Assembly: GCA_964247055.1 (NCBI GenBank) | Contig: OZ176054.1 | Coordinates: 3,038,001 to 3,102,000 of the forward strand | Origin: Paragordius varius | Taxonomy: Eukaryota > Animalia > Nematomorpha | Direction: 5' to 3' | DNA length: 64,000 bases | Shown: positions 37,601 through 49,766 of the stretch, piece by piece | How positions within the stretch are numbered: the first letter of the stretch is position 1 | How the letters are laid out: each line of letters opens with the position of its first letter | The notes under the pieces: generated by a model | Seen by the model: only the letters and a program-made list of their open reading frames with translations | Told to the model about the DNA's origin: nothing | Database searches by the model: none | Position numbers and translations under genes: made by a program

Positions 37601-38115
37601 AATTGGCAGCAATACTGTAGCATATGGGTAAAAAACAACAAAAATGTGGGGATATTTAATTTTAGACAATTTTTTCCCTATTCTACAACATCATTAAATT
37701 TGTTGTTTATTTAAAATTATATGGACAAAACTCGGTTAATATCATACGCTACTGTATTTCTCCCATTGGCGAACTATAATGTGAATTCGCCAACTATAAG
37801 TGGATATATATTTTCGTTTTTATTTAATAAAATTTATCTTATTTGTACGCGTTATTTGTAATTATTTGATTTGATTGGTTCTTGTACGCTTTCTTCGTGT
37901 TTTTAGATCCCAATAATTTTAATGGGGCCATCAACACAGGAGCCGGATTAGGGGCTCCCCCGCCCCCACCTTCTTCCTCTGCCTTCACTGATGGCGAGAA
38001 TGCGGGTGCAGGGGCAGGAGCAGGCCCCACTGTGCCTCCACCCCCTCCTCCCTCGCTTGCTGGTTTCAGTCTTAATCCTATGCCTCCGGCACCACCCCCA
38101 ACCACTGATGATTGA
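31434..38115 (+). CDS. SF1: Splicing factor 1 / branchpoint-binding protein (ULM, KH-QUA2, two zinc knuckles, Pro-rich tail)
   Basis: Exons 31434-31461, 31486-31636, 31717-31949, 32074-32149, 32531-32683, 33398-33518, 33784-33936, 34340-34500, 35704-35884, 36434-36637, 37187-37260, 37336-37388, 37907-38115. Motifs: [85 protein letters not shown], DPNNF. All phases are consistent. Confidence 0.96.
31462..31485 (+). other. 24-nt GT-AG micro-intron candidate (GTAAATTATTTTTATTAAATTTAG), first intron of SF1
   Basis: Pure A/T between GT and AG, flanked by GC-richer coding sequence. Removal gives MPSIRDSSE|RHHSSKKK. Retention is in frame and inserts SKLFLLNLG into a charged region. Confidence 0.65.
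35153..35420. mobile_element. Tc1/mariner-type MITE in an SF1 intron
   Basis: TA on both flanks; about 70-bp imperfect TIRs starting CAGTAAA(A/G)ATTGAAATTA(C/T)ACGGACAAAA; a partial further copy ends near 35650. Confidence 0.8.
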
Positions 38116-39176
38116 TCAAAAACATATATTTTATGCTTAATTATTATTATTATTAATAATAATATGGGAATCCTTGTATTTCCGTACTACTCCTTTTAGA
38201 AATATTTGTTGAAAATCCCTTTGTATATATATCAATAAAACCTTAATTTATTGAATGAAATAAGAAATATACATTTTCAAACGATGTCAAAATTGATAAG
38301 TTAGGCATAGTTGTATGCAATTAGAAGTGACAAAGGCTTATAACAGTTTAGGTTATATTCTTTAAGCTTTGATTTTATTATATTATACAAGGGGATTTTT
38401 AATAAATATTTTTCCTTTTATATCTTTGAAACAAGTCATAATAATGAAAGTAAATAAACTGAAAATATGGAAATAGATTGAAATGGACGCCGCCCGAATC
38501 CTAACATATTCCTATTTTTATCATACATTATTTGTTAACATTGTACCAGTTATTATTTGTGACAAATAAATATTATGTTTATTGTATGATGATAATTTAT
38601 TCATAATTGTATAAAATAGGATAAAGGTAATAGAAAAACACAAAATCTTGCATGCGATGTCTTAATATGCTTGAATAAAATAAATGCATTTTAAGTAAAT
38701 ATAATGATATAAGTTATGTAAATTCACAAAACAAACCGTTTATATATAATTATTATAGAATTTTGAGGAATTGCAATAAGAATATTATATTCCCAAACAT
38801 ACTCTTCGATCTTTAAAAGCTTGTTAATCCTTCCATGAATTCTATAATATATATATTAAAAATTAATTTTTATATCCAAAAAGAAACACCAAGCAACTTT
38901 AGTATGAAAAAATCATTATCCCAAACTTTTTATCGCCAAATTTTATTTCTCGATTTTTTTGTAAATCGCTAAAAATACTGGCATACAAAAGTATATGATA
39001 AAAATTTGAATTATTACATAATGCATTTTATAAAGAAAATTTTTGCCACAATTTTTATAATTAGATTCAAATTTTACTGTTGTAGTTACAGTGTAAAATA
39101 TATTATATTTTTGTCTAACGTAAATGATTTATACCTTATTTCATTGAAAATAAATTTCTAGATTTAAGCACTTTTT

Positions 39177-42100
39177 TTACAAACCTTCACTCATAACAGG
39201 TCTCCAACTTTTTGGTATTGTGTTAAAACTTTTGTACGATTTTGATTTTGGAAAATTATATGGATCGTAATTCACCGGATATTTCCTTTCTTCCTCCGTA
39301 ACATATGATTTTGGGACCATTTCATTTTTGCCATTTTTTACGTCATAAGATGGCTAATTATGCACAAAAATTATAAACATTATGTCATCAATCCAATTTT
39401 TTAAATTTTAATAGAATGGGATCTTAAAGCCATTTTTAACATGCCTTTCAGAGTTATATCTTTTTTATTTTTAACCCCTGTAAATTTTGTATTCAAATAA
39501 AGGCTTTTATTAAGTCAAATTTATCCCCATACCGCGGTTTAATCGGGTAGACTGTTAAAGCGATAAGGGTTTAAATTTTATTTCCTAATAAATTTTAAAG
39601 CGTTAACCTCGCTTCGTTCAGAACGCGGTTCATTAACCACCCAATCTTGAGATTTGAGGCGTCTTTTAGCAAATATTTCGGCTCCTTTATCGATTTTTTG
39701 TCCTGGCCCAGGGTTATTTGGTTTATAATGATTCAGCTGGTTAGCTAAACCATTCGCATTAGTCCGAATTTGGTTTCCATTTACATTTTTCTTGATATTT
39801 GATTGTCCTCCCCCTTCACTTTTTAATGGAGTTTTATCTGCACTCACGTATCCATTCTGGTGAGAAGATACTGCATAAGAATTATCATTATAATTTTGAT
39901 ATGGCAATCTTTGAATGTTGTGGTTATTATTGGGGTGTTTAGTATTTATTTTATTGTTCGTTTCAAACCCTTTCATAAGATCACGTGCAATGGATTTACA
40001 AACTTCAGGTGAAACTTTATCATGCGTGCAGATGTTGTTTCTTTCCCTATCTTGCCTTTCGTATTCCCCATTGTCTGTATGATAGCCTGAAGGGACATTA
40101 TTGTACCGCAAATCGTTGTAGTAATTTCCTCTGTTATTCTAAAATAATTATCATAGAATGTTAATCAACAATTTATGCTTTCATATGGAAAGGAAAATAA
40201 ATTATTATTAATTTAGGCGCAAGATGATACATAAAATGCTCTTTTAATATCCAAATTTTATAAACTTTGCAATTTGATATATTATATCTCTGATAAAAAA
40301 TAAAAATGTTTCTGAAAAAATGAGGTCTCCCAAAACATGTTATTTTCCATATTTTATTACAATTTTTTTCTCACAAATGCAATTTATTAAAGATTCCAAC
40401 GCATTCATCAATTAAAGGTTAATCAATTAAATTTAGATATGTAAATTTAAAAATATTTTGATTTATCTTACAATTTTATATTTTATCATATGCGAATGTT
40501 TTACGATTTCGGCTCAATATAAAAAATTGATATAACATTTGAAGCGACGTTAAAGCCTCAAAACTAAAGAACCTTGTATTTTACATTGATATATATATAT
40601 ATATACAGAGTATTTTACCCATTTATAAAATTAAATATGTATAATAATTAAAAAATTAAATTACATTTGATGCTCCGTTCAAGAATTTTTCGTTGTGGAA
40701 ACCTTTATAAAATAAAACATGCTTTACACATATATTTATAGAATTAAGAATATTAATAAATTTAAACGCTTAAAATTATGATAATAAAAATCCCAAGTTA
40801 TTTTTTACAAATATGTAATAATTAAGAGCATTTTTTGTAGAAAAACTTTATTTAAGAATTTTACAAAAGCATTATTTCTTAAATATACCATTTTTATTGT
40901 TGGGTATTGAAGGCTGCCTTAGATGATATGCACCATTATTCATGTGGTTTGAATACTGTTGGCTAGACGATTGATAAGAAGGTTTTTCGTCGTTATGCCT
41001 GCTGTACATATTAACATTATGTTGCGGCCCTTTTGAGTAGTTTTGGTTATATGGATTTATTTCGTTATCATCTCCGTTTGCTTTCGCTAAAAACTTTCGT
41101 AACACTTGACTTATTGGTTGTCCTCCAGGGAGTCCATTATTTTTGTGCGAATTCGTGATAACATTTGGTGACATTAAACATTGCGTAACTTTTTGATTTC
41201 GATCAATTTGTTCTTTGACATCGGGTGGTATCATACTTAACATATTCTCTACATAAATAATTTCACATTTTTAATAAGGTTTGATAAAATTGTTTTTATG
41301 CGATAATTATCAAAAAATTAGCGCAAAAAAATTTATTTATCTAAATAATTTTTGTCACAAAGCCAATCTGAGTACGTTATACATCTCACATGCTTTATAT
41401 ATGTTGGATGATTCAAAGTTGGTATATAAGTGGGTAAAATTTTAAAAAAAAATTAAACTATAACCGTCGGAACTAAGGTTTAAATCGCTGGTGTGTATTA
41501 ATTATATGAATTGTTAATACTGATATAACATAATTAAATATTTTATTATAAAAAAATTGTTGCCTCGCGTAGTATTTAACACTTTATTACTCTTGGTATA
41601 GTTTTCTATCCCATGTATTTTTAAAAAAACTTTAATTTATCGGGATAAATTTAAAAATATAAATTCTATCGCCTTTTAGACGTATTAATCAACTATTAAT
41701 AATTTCAAAACATTCAATATAAATAAATACATCTCAAACTTTTAGCTGCCAGTTTTCGGAACTTTTTTAAATAGCTCACAAGCTGGCATACATGAATATA
41801 ACATAAATTAATTTTAATCGGAAATCTTGTTATGTGAACAAATTTTTGCTTGAAAAAATTATATTAAGAATTAATTTTAATGTATTTTAAAGCAGGGAGC
41901 CTAACACAAAGAACTTCAGGGGCCGCATTTAAAAATTGAAACACATGGAATAAATATGATTTTACTAGATAATCAACATGGCACTATAAAAAAACTTGAT
42001 AAACACATTATAACTCCTATTTCTCTCACCAAATATTATCAGTTATTTCGTTACCATTAAGAATTAATTTTAAATTTACTAAAGATATTAGATATATAAA

Positions 42101-43624
42101 CAATCTCTTTAAATTGCGCGCCGCATTTTCGGTTTTAAAACATTAAAAATGTTGTCTTTTCCCCCGATAGATATATCGTAAAAATAAATTACTTTTTAGC
42201 TTTAAATACACTAAATTTAATTAAAAATACTAACTTTTGGGGGAATAACCAACTTTAACAGGAGAATGTTTAGTTTTCATAACGCAATATGCGATTGGAG
42301 AATTTAAACGACAATCTTTTATTAATTCGTTTTTATAATTTAAATGTTCCTTCATTTCATAATTATTGACATTTTCGTTATAATCGCTATAGTAATAGGA
42401 ATGATAGCTATTATTAAACACTTTGACCCGGACTGGGAGATGTATAGTATTTTCCATTTTAATAATATTTTAAATTTAAGTTTTTTTAAAAAAAAATTAG
42501 TTAATAAAAAATTATTTAACTTTTAATATGCAAAAGAAATACATACACATGTTATTAGGCGTTAAGAAGGTCATTTCAATAGTCAAGTAATAAAAAATAT
42601 AAAATTATTGATAGAACCATAAATCCTACAGTGGTCTATTTTTTTCATTTTCCAATAAAAACACTTTAAATTTTAGCAAAAAATTATATAGGTTTTGTAT
42701 GCTTTCAAGCATTAAAAAATAACGGATTTACAGATAAATTTTAAGTAAAATTTTGTTGGTCAAATATTATCGATAAAATTTTTTTTAGCTTGATCTCGCT
42801 TTTAGATGTTATCTTAGGATTTTAATAAGCATAATTGAATATAATTTTAAATTGTATTGCGCAACTGTTATAAAACTTAAAAGTGATTTAAAACCAAAGT
42901 CCAATTCATTGGGGGGTGGATGTTTTTTCGACAAATTGTCATATTTGGTATTTTGTCCGTTGATTAAAGTATCTCTTGATTCATTTAAGATGGATCTTAG
43001 CTCTGGTGGATTCCTTTAAAAAGTATGTAATAAGTAGGTGGAATATTAAATTTAATTGTAATTACTAAAAAAATAAAATTTAATAGGTTCAAAATTTCGT
43101 TTATGCATTCCGTCAAACCAAAGGTATTTAACACAAATGACTTCCGCATTTTTAACTAAAAAACTCCGCCTGGCCGCATTAAAATATATTATTTGAGTAA
43201 ATTAAGACATGAATATTCAAAAAATAAAATTTTGATCCGAATAATGATACCAATTTTAATTATTAATTAAATTTTGTAAACAGAAAAATTTTACAAATGA
43301 TAGAATATAAATTTATTTGATATTTTATCAAATTTCTCGGGTTTTCCGCCATAACCAAATAGTAACGGTGGGCATGTTGGACACCCCTGCGTAAATGGTA
43401 TATTATTTTATTTTATCTTTTTAACTAACCAATTCGGTAGATAGGAATCATTGAATGATTTTGTCATTAAATCGTCTCCGTTGACGGATCTTCCATTTTG
43501 GTTGGATCCTTCCACCCTAAAATTTGCGAATGGGTTGGCGAGATAACCATTACTTGTTTTAGTATTCTCGTTGACTAAACAAATTCGTGTGTTAAATATA
43601 ATGATGAAAATATATTATAATAAA

Positions 43625-43655
<31 letters not shown>

Positions 43656-46600
43656 CAACATTTTTAATTTGTGGCCATAAAAAAATATCGGTTTTAAGAA
43701 TCTATATTAAAATATTTCATAGTGTGTTACACAAGTCATATAAAAAGCTTATATTATACCATATTCACCCTCGAACAATTCAAATTCACCTTCAAATAAA
43801 TTAAAAATTAATTATCTATATTTTTATATATATATTTAACAAATAAAATTTTGTTTAAAATTTAAATAATACTGAAATGTTAAACAAAAATAAATTCTGA
43901 TTTTAATAAAAAAACGTGTTTTTAAATTCTTCCAAATTATGACTGCCTAAACTCTTTAGATTAGAGTAATCAATTTATCTGCTATTAATGATCTGTACGC
44001 GTCTGAAGATTTGATTATGAATGTAACTAAAGTAAAAACTGTGACAATTTACGCATAAACAAAATTAACGGATAAATTTTTATCCGATTTTTACAATAAC
44101 TATGAATGATCAACTTTTAAAAACTTATTGGCAATTTTAAATATTTAGCTGTTTTAATTGCGTAACTTCGCTATGAACCATTTTATAGATCAAGGTTGAT
44201 TTAGTTATAAAAATTTTAACACATAATAAAACATTTATCAATCATACTTTGGGTATTGTATGTTGGGTAACCACCATTTTGTTGTTTCGACATTTTGACC
44301 ATTTCCATATTTTTATCGGGCAAATAATCGTATTGAACCAGTTCTGTCATCGGTGCGTTTAATCTTATCGTTGGATTATCATCGTAGATTTCACGGGCAA
44401 TCTCATAGCTTTGCCGTTTATCAATTGGCTGTGTGGGATATCTACTTTCTTTAACATTTCGCCCATTCGCATTTAAATTGAACATATGATTCCAAGGGAT
44501 CCAAGATGTTCTATGATGATGATTATTATTAATCCCGCCATTATGCACAGAGGGTGCTCTGGTTCTTATCCATTTTGCCGAACTTGTTTGAGAATTAATT
44601 GGTGGATTATCAATACCATGGGTCGTTGAGAGCTTTTTGGAGACAAAATATTTTTGATTTGTGGCTGTTGTTATGTCATATCGCTTACCACCGCTCTCCG
44701 GATACGAGGACATTTGTTTCATGTAATGGTTGGCTAGCTGAATTCGATTTGCCTTATCAGGAATGGCTTCTAACATACGTTTCTCATTTATGTTGCAATT
44801 TAGAGATTCTGTGCTTACTGTAATAGGTATTACACCTTCTTTCGACGTTTCCACATTCTGTACAGGTATGAAGTGGTTCATACATGGCCCCCTTTCCGTA
44901 TAATGTGATGATCTGATGGGGACTCTAGCATGGTTTAAATTATTAGTTTCCGGACGTGATTGAGAATATAAAAGCTGTCGTTCTGCACCATAATTATTTT
45001 GTTGATTATTTTTGAAATTATAATTATTCACTCGTGGATCACGTGCTTCTTGCTGATTTTTTGATGACGAATTTAAATGAGAAACCGTTATTAAATTTGT
45101 GACTTGAGGACTTGGTGAAGGTAAAACTGTGGATGTTGTCATTTTAATGATCGGAATCGGTTGTGAAGTGTTTATATTTTTATTTATTATAACCTCCACT
45201 TCGCCATTTTTAGGTTGAAAATTTAACGTTTCTTGTGGCGCTTTTTCTGTTACATTGTTTGGATGTCGGTTAATCTTATCCATTTTTTTAACTGGAATCT
45301 CCACACTTTGTTTTCTATCATTTTCGTAACCATTAAATATCTTGTTACCATTTTTATCGTAATAATAGGATCTTTGTTTCAGGTATTGACGATTACCCTT
45401 ATTATCACAAACGGACATTGTATCGTTAGTCCCATTTTCAAAATTTTCGTTTTGAATATCTTTTTTAAGAGATGCGCTGGCAGATGTTGCTCGTCTCTTT
45501 TCCGGACTTTTAGATGGTGATTTTTCATATATACGCTGTGACGCTCTTTTAGTTACGGAGACCTTATCCGTTGCATTAGGCAGGTTCGATATGAAATTAA
45601 CAATTTTTTTACATACATGTTGGTAGGAGCTTTGGTTTGGGTGCGAATGTGCCGCCGTGCTAACTGGAAAGTTTGTTGTTGCATTACTATTGTAAATATT
45701 TTCTTTGCAATGAGGACAACATTTGATGGGAACTACCAATTCTTGCGGTGAAAGGGTCAATGACAAATCTCGTTTGGGTAAAATGGGCTTTCCATTACTG
45801 ATTTCACCATCATCAAATTTTTGTGAAGTCTTAGCCTGAGGTGACATAGCCGGACAATTATCTATAGCATGATGAAATGGAGTATGTGGAATATAGATGT
45901 GATCAAAGAAATCCCATATGCTAAGTTTCGGTGCGTTTGCCCCATTTTTATCGGGACAAGATACCGTATCACTTTTATCTGCCGAGCCGATGGAATTGGC
46001 TACATATCCATTAGTTACATTCTTTAGCGTATGAATATTGTGGTCAAACGTTTTCATTTCTTTGGTTAAAGCTGCAATCTCCTTCTCCAATTCCGTGACA
46101 GAGTGAACAAAATTTTGGGGATACGGTCGTTGAGAACCACCGTTGGGAATGGTGATAGCTTTTAAATCATAATACGATTTGTATTTTATTTGCTTATTTG
46201 TTTGAGATAGAGGCTTATAACTAGTATTCATTACGGTACACCCGTTTGTTTTGACAACTCGATCTTCTGAATTGGTTTCACGAGGAACAATCACTTTCCC
46301 AGAAATGCCTAGTACTTCCATAGTGTTTCCTCCTTCCGTTTGAATAGATGCGTCTATTGAATGTTTTCTTCCATGATTTTTATAACCTTTGTTTATTAAA
46401 GTGATTTCTTTCGATCCCTGTACATTTTTATGATTATCAGTACTCTTACTCTTTTTTATGCCCAACATATTTTTATCCGTCCCTACTGTCGGTTCATCAC
46501 AAGACATATTATCGTTGTCGTTGTCACTATCTTCCCCATTTTTTACTTTATCATAATTATCACTTTTATTGCTAATGGTTTTATGCTTTTTCTTACGTGC

Positions 46601-47569
46601 ACCATTAACTTTGATTGTGGTAATTCTTTTGGATGGGGAGGTTGAGGAGCTAAAAACCGAAATAGTTGGCTCACTCTGATCCCCGACTTGAGTTCCAGTT
46701 TGGGCTGTGAATAAAAGTGCATCGCTGCTGTTAGACTCTTCGCTCTGAGTAGCGTGAGGCCGTTTCTCAGAACCGTGTGTCAATGTAAGTGTCTCCTCTT
46801 TTTTATAATTATCGTCATTGTTATCGTTACCGTTATTTATACCGCTAAAAATGGACTCATTGGAAGCTAACAAATTGGATGAGGAACTTGATGAAGCAGA
46901 ATACTTGTATTTTCGTCTATCTTTGTCCCCTCTTTTTGTCAAATCTAATGATGGCATATCTTTTGTCAAAGTTTTAGATCTTCGAGATGATAATTGATCC
47001 AAACTTGTACGACCCAAAATGTTTAAAGCCAAATTACTAGCAAATAATTCTATGATTTCCTTCATCACATCTGAAGTTAGCGCACCTTGTTTGACTATAT
47101 CATTTTTAACAGTAGGCGGTACGATTTCATACACTTTCGTGTCAGCAATAACATATTCACCACCGCCTTTAATATTACTATCGCAACTTTTATATTTTTC
47201 TAGCTCGCTACAAACATCATTTTGTAAGTTATTACAAATTGGTCTCATAGGCGATTTTGAAGCCCTAATTACAGTTATAATTTTGTTATGCTGTTTTGAC
47301 CGATAAGGGGGCCCAACAGACCTATCCCTATTTCTAAATACTTTAGAGGTTAGAGAAAAGGATATAGTATCCTTGTTATCTTGACCATCATTTTCATTTA
47401 TATTATTCGTATTTTGAATATTTTTATTATTAATACTGTTAAGAGAATTCACGCTGTTACATAAAGAAGAATTTGAGGATGCCAATGATAAGGGATTCAC
47501 TCTGGTTAATTGACCTATCTCTTCCAGCATATTATTCAAAATATTCAAACTCAGTACTTGGCCATGCAT
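39177..47569 (-). CDS. Large (about 1600 aa) mostly low-complexity protein with C-terminal synaptopodin/myozenin (calsarcin)-like motifs; 5' end uncertain
   Basis: Exons 47569-44248, 43574-43430, 43013-42895, 42432-42235, 41248-40889, 40702-40665, 40138-39608, 39353-39177 splice in frame. Motifs CKSIARDL, KGAEIFAKRRLKSQDWVV and YKSFNTIPKSW resemble calsarcin/synaptopodin segments. The gene structure is well supported; the family call is moderate. Confidence 0.7.
43130..43389. mobile_element. hAT MITE remnant ending GTTGGACACCCCTG in an intron of the minus-strand gene
   Basis: Same terminus family as 14462, with internal GGCCGCA motifs; the left boundary is approximate. Confidence 0.5.
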
Positions 47570-49766
47570 CTGTTCTCATTTTTTTGGTTTAAATAAAAAA
47601 AATAACATGTATATGTATAAAAAATTTTAATAAAAATAATTAAATATTTAATCAAAATTTAAACAGCATAACGTTTGAATACATAGGGTTTTATCTAATA
47701 AAAAGCCCAATTATCATTGTAATTGAAACATTTGTACTCTAGTAACGCAACAAATTTATATTGAAGACCGGCAACTTATAGCTAAATTAAATGTTTTTCT
47801 CTATATTATCTAATGTAAAAACTTAGAATTTGTCATAGATTTTATTACTAACTTGAAGAAATATGAATAATATGAAAAATAAGTACTCTATTATCGGTTA
47901 TTTTCATGACCGTGACTATGACCGCGTTTAAAAAAATAGTCATATGTACTACACATGTTATAGAAAATAGACATAAAAAATAGATTTATTTTATTAACAA
48001 GTCAAAAATATAAATTATCATTAAATCAAAACTTTTTATGCAAATTATATCATTATTTTCCCATTAATAAATTTGTTACCCAACCGTAAACTAAATTAGA
48101 TTATTAATCCAGCCCTCCTAAAACTTAATATCAATGCACAAATACCAATGGAAAAGTACAAAAATATTAAAGATAAGTTTGGACATGTATATAAGAATGG
48201 GGAAAAACCAGGTAAAAACTTTTTATTAAATATAATTATGAAATTTATTTTCAAGGAAAAAAATACCTTAACTTGGGGCAATGAATTCGTATTCAACGGG
48301 CTTCCATATACTTCCGAAATCGTGGCCATTATATAGATTTCACTCCGCGATATTTTTAAATAAACTCCGGGATTTTATCCTTACTTAGAATTTTTAAAAG
48401 TTTTCTGAAACAGTAAGGAGTTGGTTATACGTTATTGATATATTGTAAACATCATCGCTGCTTAACTTTTATAGTGGGGCGGGAACAAAGATTTTACGGA
48501 ATATCGTTAATATTTTGTTGTCAGAATCTTGTTTTGTGCACACAGGGCAATCGAACACTGGGTTATTTTCATGTTTTTGTCGGTAATATGATACCATTTT
48601 TATTTTTATTATTGTTGTTAATTTTTTTGTGAAAAAAATATAAATATTTATTACATTTTATATATCCAAAGCAAATTATGCAAATTTATACATAAAATAT
48701 GTTGTGCAGAAACGTTTGTGATTCCTTTTGAAATCACAAATTGTTTTGCCTCGGAGGTTTCAGCGACGATCCATTCTGGAATATATTACGATTCTGTTGA
48801 AAATATAGAAAAATCCAAAATATATTAAATTACAGATTTATATATGTTTATTAATATGATCAATATATGATATAATAATTTATTGTTACATATTGTTATA
48901 ATTATTATTCGTCAACAATTTAACGCTTTTATTTTTTCGTCAAGGTAATGAATGATAAAATAACGGAAAATATTTTTTATAAATAATATGAAACGGGAAG
49001 AAAATTATTCAATAATTGGGTAATAGGTTACTAAACCCATCTAAACAGTGTTGTATGAATATTAAGTTGTCGGATTAATATTTTTAAAATAATTAATATT
49101 CTTTGTATAAAAATTGTAATTTTTGATAAGATAGTTGAACATTTTAGAAATGTGTAAAATTTGGCAAAATTAAATAAACATTATATACATATTACATTTA
49201 AATTGTGATATTTGCCAACATTATTGGAAAAAAATATATTTTAAGATATTTCAGCAATTCGTAAAACATAATCTCAGAGCTTAACTAAAAAAATAAGGAA
49301 TGGGAACACGCATGTGTAGTAATCTAATTATTTGGTATTTATAATATTTATCAAAGGCAATAAATGAAAATATAAATAAAAAACCAATATCTGAGATGCG
49401 CTGTTGAAAGTTTTGACGAAATTTTAAACTGAATAAAGTTTAAATATAATGAATACTATGAATTTAAAATAATGATTATACTTCAAGATCAAACATATAA
49501 ATAGGCGTAAACAATATAATCAAATATCCCAAAAGACGACTTATTCACTTCTTTTCAGATCGACATATATATATATATGAAAAAGGTTTTAAATAGTAGT
49601 TTTTCAAAAAAAAATGGATAGAAAATAATTATAAATGCCTAAATTAGATCACATTTGGATTATTATTGAAAGTTTTTTAAAATAAATTTTAATGTTGGCG
49701 CGGGTGGTTGTGTATCCTAGTTCATAATTAGAAAATTGTAATCACCGTTAAGAGTACTATTTCTAC

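Noticed and set aside
44599-47306. Plus-strand ORFs at 44599, 45233, 46430 and 47019
   Set aside because: Antisense shadows of the 1117-aa exon. The same applies to 22322-22552, 35698-35946, 37839-38105 and 56541-57639 opposite real exons.
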